A model generated the notes under the pieces. That model saw only the letters and a list, made by a program, of their open reading frames with translations. It made no database searches and had not been told where the DNA came from. A stretch of 63,558 nt of DNA, the filler included, from Collodictyon triciliatum (taxonomy: Eukaryota): NCBI GenBank assembly GCA_043381765.1. It is 5 parts of 5 records of this genome, joined end to end, with 100 filler letters (N's around TTAATTAATTAA, not from the genome) between each part and the next. Parts side by side here need not be neighbours in the genome. Positions count along the whole stretch, not along the records: positions 11,963 to 25,119 come from JBHJMP010000718.1; positions 25,220 to 54,856 come from JBHJMP010000719.1; 3 more parts are not named here. One strand, given 5' to 3'. Shown here piece by piece: positions 14,326-26,562 of this stretch. The translations under genes were made by a program, and so were the position numbers. The stretch's first letter is position 1. Each line of letters opens with the position of its first letter.

Positions 14326-14348
14326 TTTGAATCGAATAAAGGGAAAAA
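14326..14348 (+). mobile_element. Ultra-short poly(A) retro-insertion, family B (older copy)
   Basis: tttgaatcgaataaagggaaaaa flanked by degenerate direct repeats aagaatgagattgctt (14309-14324) and aagtatgaattgctt (14347-14361). Confidence 0.6.
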
Positions 14349-14978
14349 GTATGAATTGCTTAATTATAGTTTATGGATTAAATTATGTTAAATATATTGC
14401 CAGTTATTCAGTACCGTGTAACTCATGTAGGAATGTTATTTTATTTGATTTTAGGTGATTTTATTCAGACTTATTAATATCATTTTACTATGATGAAATA
14501 ATATTAATTTTTGAATCTTTGGTAATTTTAAACAAATGTCGATTCCATACATTAAATATCGCTTCACTTAAGTTCTCCCTTCGCTTGCTTTATGAAAATA
14601 TATGAAAAGCATCCTGCTACGAACATATCCCAGATACCGTTCAACATTTTTCATTCATTTTGGTTTGTAGAATAATTAAGAAATTTTTAACGATACAAAG
14701 ACTTGATGTTGTGTTGCAAATAGTAATATTTTATTCCATTTTCACACATCTATTCTAATTATTTTTTGTTGCAATAATATTCCATTTACCTCCTCATCAT
14801 TTCGCCTCCTTTTCGTCTTACATATTGCTTGTTTTCCTTATGAAATCAATTTAAAAATAACAATTAATCGTAAAATCATAATATTATTGGATATGTATGT
14901 CAATTTTTGCAAATGAGTAGAAAAGAATGACGATGCACCAGATCACTTTGGAGCAGATTTTAAACCCCTTAAGCCACT

Positions 14979-15024
14979 CCAAGCCAACATCTACACCATC
15001 CTGCACAAAATTGGAAGGAAAAAA
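14979..15024 (+). mobile_element. Short retro-insertion, family A (older copy)
   Basis: gccaacatctacaccatcctgcacaaaattggaaggaaaaaa matches the reverse complement of 39559-39608. Degenerate flanks aaaccccttaagccact (14962-14978) and aaaccctaagctact (15022-15036). Confidence 0.6.
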
Positions 15025-15694
15025 CCCTAAGCTACTGAATCATGTCTAATATCTGAGTAACTTCATCCAGTGCAATCAAAAGAAATATTTGTATCGTCAG
15101 ATACGAAGCCTTTATTTTTTTGAAATGCAGACCAAAATTATGAACCAGTAGAATTATTTAACATTTAAAACAATATAATACTCTTCTAGAATTGATTTCA
15201 ACTTTTTGGTATATTTGCTCCCTGGGTGCGAAAAAAAATAAGAAAAATGTCAACAACTACTCATCCAAAAAACGTTCCATGAAAGAGATATTTGATTGTT
15301 TTTTTTTTTAATTTCACAATAGATATCCCGAAATTAGACACCGTCATTTTTTCTGCAAAAATTATCTAAAGTGAATGAGGTAATGTTAGCCAAAGCATCT
15401 TACAATATCTAGTTTAGGATTCATGTTTTCGTAGAATCAAACCTCGATCTTGAGAAAATCCATCTATTAGATGGGACTCCAACTTGATGACACTTTATGA
15501 AAATAATAAGAATATTACGGAGATACTGTTGATTGTGTGAACTCAATATAATATTCTACTATCCTTTACAAGTATAAAAAGAAACGATGATACCTATATA
15601 TTTCTAATATTCTATAAACATCTTAAAACTCCTACAACGTGATCTCTTACATTTTGGACTCCCGAGGTTTTCTATTGAATGAAAAAGGAGAGAG

Positions 15695-15794
<100 letters not shown>

Positions 15795-15812
15795 CAAGCT
15801 TCGTTGATTTCA

Positions 15813-15839
15813 CTTTGAATCGAATAAAGGAAAAAAAAA
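15813..15839 (+). mobile_element. Ultra-short poly(A) retro-insertion, family B
   Basis: ctttgaatcgaataaagg-A9 between perfect 17-bp direct repeats aagcttcgttgatttca (15796-15812, 15840-15856). Confidence 0.8.
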
Positions 15840-16603
15840 AAGCTTCGTTGATTTCAAGCTGCCCCGACCCACCCGCCACCAAACTTCAGATGAAGAATAC
15901 TGCACTCAGCCAGATTGGCATCTTTTTATACAGCAAACCATCCCAGCGAAGCAGCATCTTATGCGTTGACCATGCTACCTATGAGCCCATTAACACCTCG
16001 CAGTGGCCTTCATCGCACAAATATCCCTGTCAATGGCCCAGATTTACTTAATTACTCACAACACACCTTTTTTTTTTTTTCCTTTTTTCTTTTCTTACAG
16101 CGATGCCCAGCACAGTCGTTTCATTGATAGCTAGAATACTGTCCAGCGTCTCTACCACACAGCCAAGAACTTCAGCATATCAGAGCTCCTCGCACCCAAT
16201 GCACTTTGCGCTCTTCTCTTCTCCCTCGCTTTTGTGATATATCCAACATATATTTTCTGCCAGGATTGGCCAAATGTGGCTTCGGCCATGAAAATAGCTC
16301 TATGATGATCATTCTAGGCTGATCAAAGATGTCATGTCCGAGGCTTTACTCGGCCGCTCCAACTTAAACTTGATCGAAAACAGCGACGTTGACACACAAG
16401 TGTGGTGTTTATATACTAACTCAGCACCTTGCTTTACTCGACACAAAGAGCCTTTTATTTCAGGCTCACCTTTGCTAGAAGTTTGGCCTGAACTGGGCAG
16501 CGACCGTGCTTTTTATTTCTATTTTTATTATATTGTCCTCGAGTTGGCTAAAGAATAGATCGCTGGAAGAGGGAATAGAAGACAGTTATCCTTACGGCAA
16601 GAA

Positions 16604-19214
16604 ATGGCGGAACTACATAAACCAGAGGACTATAAACTGCTTGAAAAGATTGGCGAAGGGTAAAAAGCCTACTCTTCTTTCTTTTTTTCGTCTTCTATAC
16701 TATCCTTGTCTCCTTTTCCCTTCAGCTACAAAGGCCACTATGTCTTTTTATTTTATTTTTTTTGTTAAAAAAAAAACAACAATGAAATACAAGGTCATAT
16801 GGAGTGGTCTATAAAGCGATGAGAATTGCCAAAGGATCGCTGGTTGCAGTAAAGCAAATCCCCTTGGAAGTAAATATCGAGACTTCGCTAGCAGAGATCG
16901 ACTTCCTTAAAAAATGCAAACATGCGTACGAATATGTTCCTAAAAACTGCCTTACCGTTCTGTAAAATATACCAGCGTTGTTAAAATGAAATAAAGAACA
17001 AACCGATTATTTTTCTATTTTTTTCTCCATAGGAATATAGTGGAACTCTACGGGACGTGCTACAAAGCTGGACTTCTATGGGTGCAATATGATTATATGA
17101 ATCCTCATACGTTTGTCTCTCTTAGTAATCAGTCCACTCCATGCCTTGGAATAACGTAGTAACATTTGATTCAATTAGATTATTATGGAACTATGTGAAT
17201 CTGGCTCCCTCTCTGAGGTTATGGATGTGCTGAATCGCCCACTCACTGGTACATGTTGAATGGAATCGATGGCATCGCATACTCATAAATAATTAATTCG
17301 AGAAAGTATTGGACTTTGATTTTTATTAACATCTTATAATCAAACAGAAAAAGAAATACAGTCTGCCCTGTCAGATGCCCTCATGGGTCTGGAATATCTC
17401 CACTCCACCAAGAAAATTCACCGCGATATTAAGGCTGGTAATATTCTATTAACTCGTGATGGAACAGCAAAACTCGGTAAGCTTCGTCCCTATCTAAATG
17501 CGAAATGTCATGCATATATTGTATATTCTCCAATTCTTGATTCCAAGAGTGGTTCTTAAAATGCAATGTATTACACAGCTGATTTTGGTGTTGCCGGGCA
17601 GGTTACGGATACTTATGTTAAGCGGTCTGCCTTACTATATATTAAAATGGGACAATGTATACTATGTTTTTGTAACTACTTTGGGCAATAACTATCTGTG
17701 TTTCTGTGTCCATTTACCATTCTCCTTCCAGTATTTACGGACTCGAATATCATAGACACACTGTGACAGGAACTCCTTATTGGATGGCACCAGAAGTTAT
17801 TCAAGACATAGGATACGACTATAAGGTTTTTTTTTTTTTTTTTTTTAAAAAAAGCATTCCTTTTTTTTTTTTTTTTATTTTTTTTTTTTTCCATAATTTT
17901 TTTTTTTTTAGCGAATTTACATTTTTTTTTTTATTTTTTTTTTTTTTTTNNNNNNNNNNNNNNNNNNNNNNNNNNNNNNNNNNNNNNNNNNNNNNNNNNN
18001 NNNNNNNNNNNNNNNNNNNNNNNNNNNNNNNNNNNNNNNNNNNNNNNNNTTTCCACTTCTCTCTTTTTTGTTGGCAACAAAAATTATTAAAAAAAAAAAA
18101 GAAGCCTTTAAGTTTTTTTTTTTTTTTTTTTTTTGTAAAAAAAGCATTCCTTTTAATTTTTGAGAGATTAATTGCTCATTCCATAATCTATGGTATTTAA
18201 GCGAATTACACTTTCTTGATGTATATTATTTTTCTTCGCTTACTACGGGTTAAATTCATATCAATAAACCATACAGGCTGATGTGTGGTCTCTTGGTATA
18301 ACTGCGATTGAACTTGCTGAAATGAAAGCGCCATACAGCGATCTTCCTCCTATGAGGGCAATATTTGGTAATTTTATGAGCTCGCTTTCGTCGGGACTAC
18401 ACCTATAAATTATACACCTTCAGTAGTTTCTATTTTTTCCAACTTCCTATTAACATATTCAAACATCTCATCCTACTGGATAAAGTTATTCCTATTCGAC
18501 CATCTCCAAGGTTATCAGCGCAAGAAAAGTAGTGTAAAATTTTTTTGTGCTAGAGAGATATATTTCACGCAGCTTCTCTGTATTAGAAAAGCCTTTATCC
18601 GTCATATGTTTTGTAAAGAGGACTCTTTTTATTTCAATTCATAGATGGTCTGCTGATTTCCATGACTTTCTTGCTCAATGCCTTATAAAAGAACAGGCTT
18701 CTAGACCTCACGCTCAACAGATATTGGATGTAATTAAATTATCTTATATGCCTTAATANNNNNNNNNNNNNNNNNNNNNNNNNNNNNNNNNNNNNNNNNN
18801 NNNNNNNNNNNNNNNNNNNNNNNNNNNNNNNNNNNNNNNNNNNNNNNNNNNNNNNNNNNNNNNNNNNNNNNNNNNNNNNNNNNNNNNNNNNNNNNNNNNN
18901 NNNNNNNNNNNNNNNNNNNNNNNNNNNNNNNNNNNNNNNNNNNNNNNNNNNNNNNNNNNNNNNNNNNNNNNNNNNNNNNNNNNNNNNNNNNNNNNNNNNN
19001 NNNNNNNNNNNNNNNNNNNNNNNNNNNNNNNNNNNNNNNNNNNNNNNNNNNNNNNNNNNNNNNNNNNNNNNNNNNNNNNNNNNNNNNNNNNNNNNNNNNN
19101 NNNNNNNNNNNNNNNNNNNNNNNNNNNNNNNNNNNNNNNNNNNNNNNNNNNNNNNNNNNNNNNNNNNNNNNNNNNNNNNNNNNNNNNNNNNNNNNNNNNN
19201 NNNNNNNNNNNNNN

Positions 19215-19245
<31 letters not shown>

Positions 19246-20418
19246 GTAATTAATCATTACTATATGACAAGGATGAATACGGGGACTCAGGAACCATTAA
19301 AGTTATCAGGTATTTGAAGTTGATTTACTTTAGTAGATAATGAAGAATAATTTCCTTGTGATTGACTTTATCGTGTTTATCAATTTTCTCTTCTTTTTTT
19401 ATATAGAAAACGAACAAACACTGCGTTCTTGTTTTCATTTATTTTTATCTTTGGTTTGTGTAATTCTTCTTGTTTGGACGTCACGCCCATTTATCGTAAT
19501 ACTGTTTGTTATTAAAGAGGTGGTGATGCATCGGGAACAATGGTTCGAGTTGGTGGTGAAGATGAAGATGTACAAATAATCGATTTACACGACATATCAG
19601 CATATCCTCATACTATACTATTTTATACGTGAATACCTGTTGTGACATTACTAAGAGAAAAATGATTGCATGGATGATACGCTGCAGCAATCTGGCACTT
19701 TCATCCAAAGCGGTATGAAAAAAAATACAAGTTTAGCTATTGATACACCGTTTAGATTTATAGATTTTAAGTCATCCGAATGCAATCTGTTAATGGTGTT
19801 TTGTGTATCATATCATTTCTTTATAGACACCATGAAGGTCAATGACGGCCCTGATTCATATAAGCCAGAATACTTGAAAGTTATGCAGCAGCGACCAGTG
19901 GCCGCTCGTGCGAGACAACAAAACACGGCTTTGGATATGAAGGTTCTGGAACATTCCTTGTGGTTATAAATAAGAAGAAAAAATGATGCTGAGTGTCTTT
20001 GAATACATAGATCTATATATATAATATCAAAAATTCCAAAGATTGTGTGTCTCGTCAGCCGATACTCACGAAAGAAAAAAAAACGACCGTTCCTATTGGT
20101 CGATATAGTATTCCTCATGGACTGTACCCGAGCTCGAGGAACTCGCCCAGTCTCTTAAAGATAGAGAATTGCAAGAGATTGAAGCCATCAAGTAAGGAAA
20201 AAAAAAACCCTGATTCCATCTTCCAGAACACTCTTAATTCACATATTATTTTGTGTTCATTTATTTTTCTCAGTTTCCTTTCACTTTATAAGTTTGTTGC
20301 TATTGTTATTGTTAACAGAATGTAATTTAAAAGAATTTGTGTAACACTATTTAGAAAAAAATATGGCCGACAACTGCAATCCATCAATGAAATCATACAG
20401 AAGAAAAAATCAGGATAA
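16604..20418 (+). CDS. Hippo/MST1-2-like STE20 (GCK-II) Ser/Thr kinase with C-terminal SARAH domain; many exons, some lost in gap 18759-19214
   Basis: Spliced: [16 protein letters not shown]...[75 protein letters not shown]. Last two exons (20109-20191, 20355-20418) give [48 protein letters not shown], which fits SARAH. Confidence 0.9.
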
Positions 20419-20726
20419 CTCTGAGTACAAAGGAGAGAAGATGAAATGGAGGAGAGTGGATCGAGAATAAAGCGAACGAAAACTTTGAGTGATTGAGATT
20501 TAGTACAAAAGGGAACGCTAACAAAAGCAAAAGCAAAAAAAAAAAAAGAGTTTGTTGCAATAAAGATGAGAATAAAGCAGAGCGCAATCCCGTTCTTTTC
20601 TTCTGTGGAGGTGTATACTGGCGAAAACAAAACCCTTTGTGATGGAAAGCTTTGTGGGAATTATGACGTGATTATATTGCGAGACAACGAATTTATCCTT
20701 GTACGCTGACGAGTTCTGTCAATTCT

Positions 20727-21195
20727 ATTTCTCTTTTTCTCTTTTTTCTCTTTTTCTCTTTTTTCTCTTTTTCTCTTTTTTCTCTTTTTCTCTTTTTCTC
20801 TTTTTCTCTTTTTCTCTTTTTCTCTTTTTCTCTTTTTCTCTTTTTTTTCTCTTTTTCTCTTTTTTTTCTCTTTTTTTTCTCTTTTTTTCTCTTTTTTTTC
20901 TCTTTTTTTTCTCTTTTTTTTCTCTTTTTTTCTCTTTTTTTCTCTTTTTTTCTCTTTTTCTCTTTTTCTCTTTTTCTCTTTTTCTCTTTTTTTCTCTTTT
21001 TCTCTTTTTCTCTTTTTCTTTTTTCTTTTTTCTTTTTTCTTTTTTCTTTTTCTCTTTTTCTCTTTTTCTCTTTTTTCTCTTTTTTCTCTTTTTTCTCTTT
21101 TTTCTCTTTTTTCTCTTTTTTCTCTTTTTTCTTTTTTCTTTTTTCTTTTTTCCTTTTTCCTTTTTCTTTTCTATTTTTTTCTTTTCTTTTCTTTT
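20727..21195. repeat. Polypyrimidine (TTTTTCTC-like) low-complexity tract
   Basis: Read directly; ORFs 20699-21226 and 20725-21528 arise from it. Confidence 0.95.
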
Positions 21196-21286
21196 GAAGA
21201 GTATTTTGTCAAATACAAGATCGTGAAATAATAATAAAAATCCAACCGACTTACAGAAAATCGGGCAGAAGGAACCCGCCAGAAGA

Positions 21287-22780
21287 ATGGAAGCAAGCCC
21301 CCAGACACACACCCAGACATCCCAGTCTGACTTACACGAGGCCCACGAAAAGCAATGCGAGGAGCTCGCAGCTCCCTCAAATGACTCGACGCATAGAGCC
21401 CAGGAAGCAAAATACCGCCCCAAGAGTGATAGGGACAACCCAACGATAGGCTGGCTTTCTTGCCTTCGACTAGCTCTCAACATATGGCTCTCCGTGGCTC
21501 TCCGATCGGCCCCAAAGTTGTTCGTCATCGTTCTTTTTATGTGGATTTATTACATCCCTTCCAGAGTCATTACCCATGATTTACTAGACGCAATCAGACA
21601 TGTTTTTTATGAAGTCGTGAGAAATATCATTTCGCTGCTGGCTTTTTGTCTATCGATTATGCTGTGTTTTGTAGAGGTCTTTGGTTTTGGATTTTCGTTA
21701 GATGCGTTCAGATACTCATTTCTTCCCGCCCTTGTATTATCTCTCTTTATGTACGTGATATTCCTGGGTAAATCTTTCGTGTTCAACTTGGTCACAAACA
21801 CCATAGCGATGTTTGGAATTGTTGGTGGGCTCTATCTTGTTAGCAAAGCGAAGAGTCTGGCACACATGGACGAAGAAATGAAAGTATTTTTTCAACTGAC
21901 CAAGGATGGAACACCTATGGCAGTCTTGAAAGGTGTTGTTGGGCTATTTATTCTCGTTATTTTCCTATTGCAAAACATTTTTCCGATATATCTAGAATCT
22001 TCATTCTACAAACAGCTTGCCTTTCGCTTCCTGGTATTCCCGTTGTGCTTCGCAATATCCAAATGGTATCAGATATCAGTAATTTTCGGCTTGCCCAGAG
22101 AACATACCCGAAGAAGATTAATAATCAACAAAATATCTAATTACTATATGCACATAGTGAGTCGGCTATACCTTTCCAACTTGACTACAACTGGGTCAAA
22201 CTCTACAAGGTACATCCTCGTGAACTTTGCATCCGCCGTTTTTGAAGTTCTGTATGTGCTTACTGTAAAATTTCGATTAAGCCTGGTTTTTGAGATGAAA
22301 AGCGCCGTGCGTCGTCTACATAGCATGATATTTAAGTCCAGAACCAATAGGATAGTATCAATTGTACCTCTTGAAGAAAATTCAATTGAAAATCGCATGG
22401 CAACCGATGATGCACAGGAGGAGAAATGTTCTTTTATCAAAGAAGCAATCTCTTTGAATACGGGGCAGATATGTGATGATATTAGTTCTGAAATATACTC
22501 TATTTTTATTGCTCCGTTGGTTATGTACTTTCTCTTTGAGATATACCCTGATACGCCCTTTCAAACTATATCTAGTCTGCATGATTGCTTCAATCAGATA
22601 TTCATCCAGCTGATTTTTGAGTTTCTTGGTGATACGATATCCTTAATTCTTCAAATCCGTCAGGGCCACATTCAAAACAAACTCATATCAGATTGGATTC
22701 CTATCAACAACTATCTTTTGGTGTCATTTTCGATTTTTTGCATTCTCTACACGCACCGCATTGTAACCTTGTTTTCTTAG
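21287..22780 (+). CDS. Intronless multi-pass membrane protein of unknown function (497 aa)
   Basis: Uninterrupted 1.5-kb ATG-to-stop ORF with roughly 9-10 hydrophobic stretches; no family motif recognised. Confidence 0.8.
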   Translation: MEASPQTHTQTSQSDLHEAHEKQCEELAAPSNDSTHRAQEAKYRPKSDRDNPTIGWLSCLRLALNIWLSVALRSAPKLFVIVLFMWIYYIPSRVITHDLLDAIRHVFYEVVRNIISLLAFCLSIMLCFVEVFGFGFSLDAFRYSFLPALVLSLFMYVIFLGKSFVFNLVTNTIAMFGIVGGLYLVSKAKSLAHMDEEMKVFFQLTKDGTPMAVLKGVVGLFILVIFLLQNIFPIYLESSFYKQLAFRFLVFPLCFAISKWYQISVIFGLPREHTRRRLIINKISNYYMHIVSRLYLSNLTTTGSNSTRYILVNFASAVFEVLYVLTVKFRLSLVFEMKSAVRRLHSMIFKSRTNRIVSIVPLEENSIENRMATDDAQEEKCSFIKEAISLNTGQICDDISSEIYSIFIAPLVMYFLFEIYPDTPFQTISSLHDCFNQIFIQLIFEFLGDTISLILQIRQGHIQNKLISDWIPINNYLLVSFSIFCILYTHRIVTLFS

Positions 22781-23737
22781 ATACTGTAAAATCGAAAGAA
22801 AGAGAAAGAGGTTAGGATGATGTATATATTACATCTGAATAAGATTAACTGTGAAATATACCGATTGATATTTACGCATCCACGACACATTAAAACCACA
22901 TGTCGCACAACGAATACAACTCATAAAAAAAAACCTGTATGATTATATTTAACATAAGCGAATGTTAGATTGATGAGCTCTTATCTCCCCCAAATTGGAG
23001 TTCATAAGCAGATGCAGTGTTTCAATAAGGCTGCCCAAGTAGATACTGCAAACTATGTGCATTCCATCACCATTGTGCGTACTATATAACTCGTGAGGGA
23101 ATCCCACCCACAAACCCATCTCCCTTATTTTCTTAGAAAAATAAAAATTAAATTCCGCACATGGAAGGATACACTTGACAGGCACGTCCAGAAAAGAGTA
23201 TAAAGTGACTAATTTGGGCGCCTGGCCAATCAAAACGCCCTTTGGCTTTGTCTTCTCTTTTCTGCCTGTGAATCGAAGCAGACCAAATCTTCTCCACCCA
23301 TGTGTCGCACCAAAACTGAGGGAGGAAAAGAACGCATCGGCTCGGTTTTCCTTGCAAGCCTCATATTTTCAAGCCACTGTGCGCTCAGAATGCAGCAGAA
23401 GCAAAAGCAAAACACAAGACCTGCAGCCTTGATCTTGAGCTCAATTCAAAGAAATAATATGTGCTTCTCTTTTGTAGCGCGTGGCTGAGAGTTGTTGGTA
23501 TTGTTATTATTTTATTATTATTTTATTATTATTTTATTATTATTTTATTATTATTTTATTATTATTTTATTATTATTTTATTATTATTTTATTATTATTT
23601 TATTATTATTTTACTATTAGAGGGTTGATCAAGTTGGAATGTTGTTATGAGGTGTGTTTGATCTTGGTTTTGGGTTTTTATTGTATGGATAATGGTATGT
23701 ATTTTACAAAGATCCTCGCTGGTAGCTTCTATTTCGA

Positions 23738-25114
<1,377 letters not shown>

Positions 25115-25119
25115 TAAAT

Positions 25120-25219
25120 NNNNNNNNNNNNNNNNNNNNNNNNNNNNNNNNNNNNNNNNNNNNTTAATTAATTAANNNNNNNNNNNNNNNNNNNNNNNNN
25201 NNNNNNNNNNNNNNNNNNN
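25120..25219. other. Artificial scaffold linker
   Basis: N44-TTAATTAATTAA-N44. Confidence 0.97.

Positions 25220-25316
<97 letters not shown>
25220..25316. repeat. (CA)n microsatellite
   Basis: Read directly. Confidence 0.95.
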
Positions 25317-25318
<2 letters not shown>

Positions 25319-25402
25319 CAACTATCACACATTTGTGACTAGTCTGGAAGGAAGCTCCTCATCGCTGCTTGTTGACTCGATGCCTTTCCTTGCTTCACGC
25401 AG

Positions 25403-25621
25403 CCCATCGCCCATCCGAAGTGCAGGAATACGCAAAATTGGTACCTTTCCTTTCCTTTCGTTTCCTGTCCTGTGCATTTCACCTCCATCTTCAAATATAC
25501 AAAGATTTTAAAAGACCGCGAGACTCATCCCAAAACCACGTACGGCCTCGAAAGCAGGCCGCAGCCTACAGAGAGAAGCGAGCCCACTTCGCTGCCGTCC
25601 GCCGCTGCGAGTGGCCGATGA
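25403..25621 (+). CDS. Possible last exons of an unidentified gene
   Basis: GC-rich segments with GT-AG boundaries give HRPSEVQEYAKL|ILKDRETHPKTTYGLESR...GR*; no homology recognised. Confidence 0.3.
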   Translation, partial: PIAHPKCRNTQNWYLSFPFVSCPVHFTSIFKYTKILKDRETHPKTTYGLESRPQPTERSEPTSLPSAAASGR

Positions 25622-26562
25622 GATAGTTGGAAACGCGAACGGCAACGACGCGGACGACGAGACGGAGGAACTGACCCGCACAAACGAGCGCTCCGAGACA
25701 AGTGTGCGGCACAACCGGTCGCGCGATGGCGATGAGGCAACACTGAGTCTGCCCCGCCTGATGCACGTGTGATTCCTCCGTTGGCTTTGATTCCTGATAT
25801 TGAGTTATTCTATATATATTTTATGAATACTTCTGTCACATGAACCAACAAGTGTCCGTGGTGGGGATGCGAGGGATTTCATTTGCCATATTTCTCTCTT
25901 TTCCTAGTTTTCTATTCCCCATACATTTTCGTGCTTCTTTCGCACCTTTGTTTTCAACACCGCATTACATGTATTTTCTGTGTATCAGATTCCGGAATGC
26001 CAGGAAAATTATTGCTGCAATTAATAAAACTGAAAATAAAATGAAACGAGAAACTANNNNNNNNNNNNNNNNNNNNNNNNNNNNNNNNNNNNNNNNNNNN
26101 NNNNNNNNNNNNNNNNNNNNNNNNNNNNNNNNNNNNNNNNNNNNNNNNNNNNNNNNNNNNNNNNNNNNNNNNNNNNNNNNNNNNNNNNNNNNNNNNNNNN
26201 NNNNNNNNNNNNNNNNNNNNNNNNNNNNNNNNNNNNNNNNNNNNNNNNNNNNNNNNNNNNNNNNNNNNNNNNNNNNNNNNNNNNNNNNNNNNNNNNNNNN
26301 NNNNNNNNNNNNNNNNNNNNNNNNNNNNNNNNNNNNNNNNNNNNNNNNNNNNNNNNNNNNNNNNNNNNNNNNNNNNNNNNNNNNNNNNNNNNNNNNNNNN
26401 NNNNNNNNNNNNNNNNNNNNNNNNNNNNNNNNNNNNNNNNNNNNNNNNNNNNNNNNNNNNNNNNNNNNNNNNNNNNNNNNNNNNNNNNNNNNNNNNNNNN
26501 NNNNNNNNNNNNNNNNNTTGTGGTATGGAAAGAGACAGAAACTTTCGGCCATACGCACAGCT

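Noticed and set aside
15450-15500. PSIRWDSNLM resembling the hAT transposase TRWNS motif
   Set aside because: Single short match with no supporting ORF or terminal repeats
17826-18154. Duplicated poly(T)-aaaaaaagcattcctttt either side of a gap; similar case at 61560-61900
   Set aside because: Near-identical flanks of a 100-N gap in homopolymer-rich sequence; likely unmerged contig overlap
20699-21528. Phe-rich and Lys-rich ORFs, and similar IKIK, DGWM, YHIIS, LLLL ORFs elsewhere
   Set aside because: Translations of simple repeats or N runs
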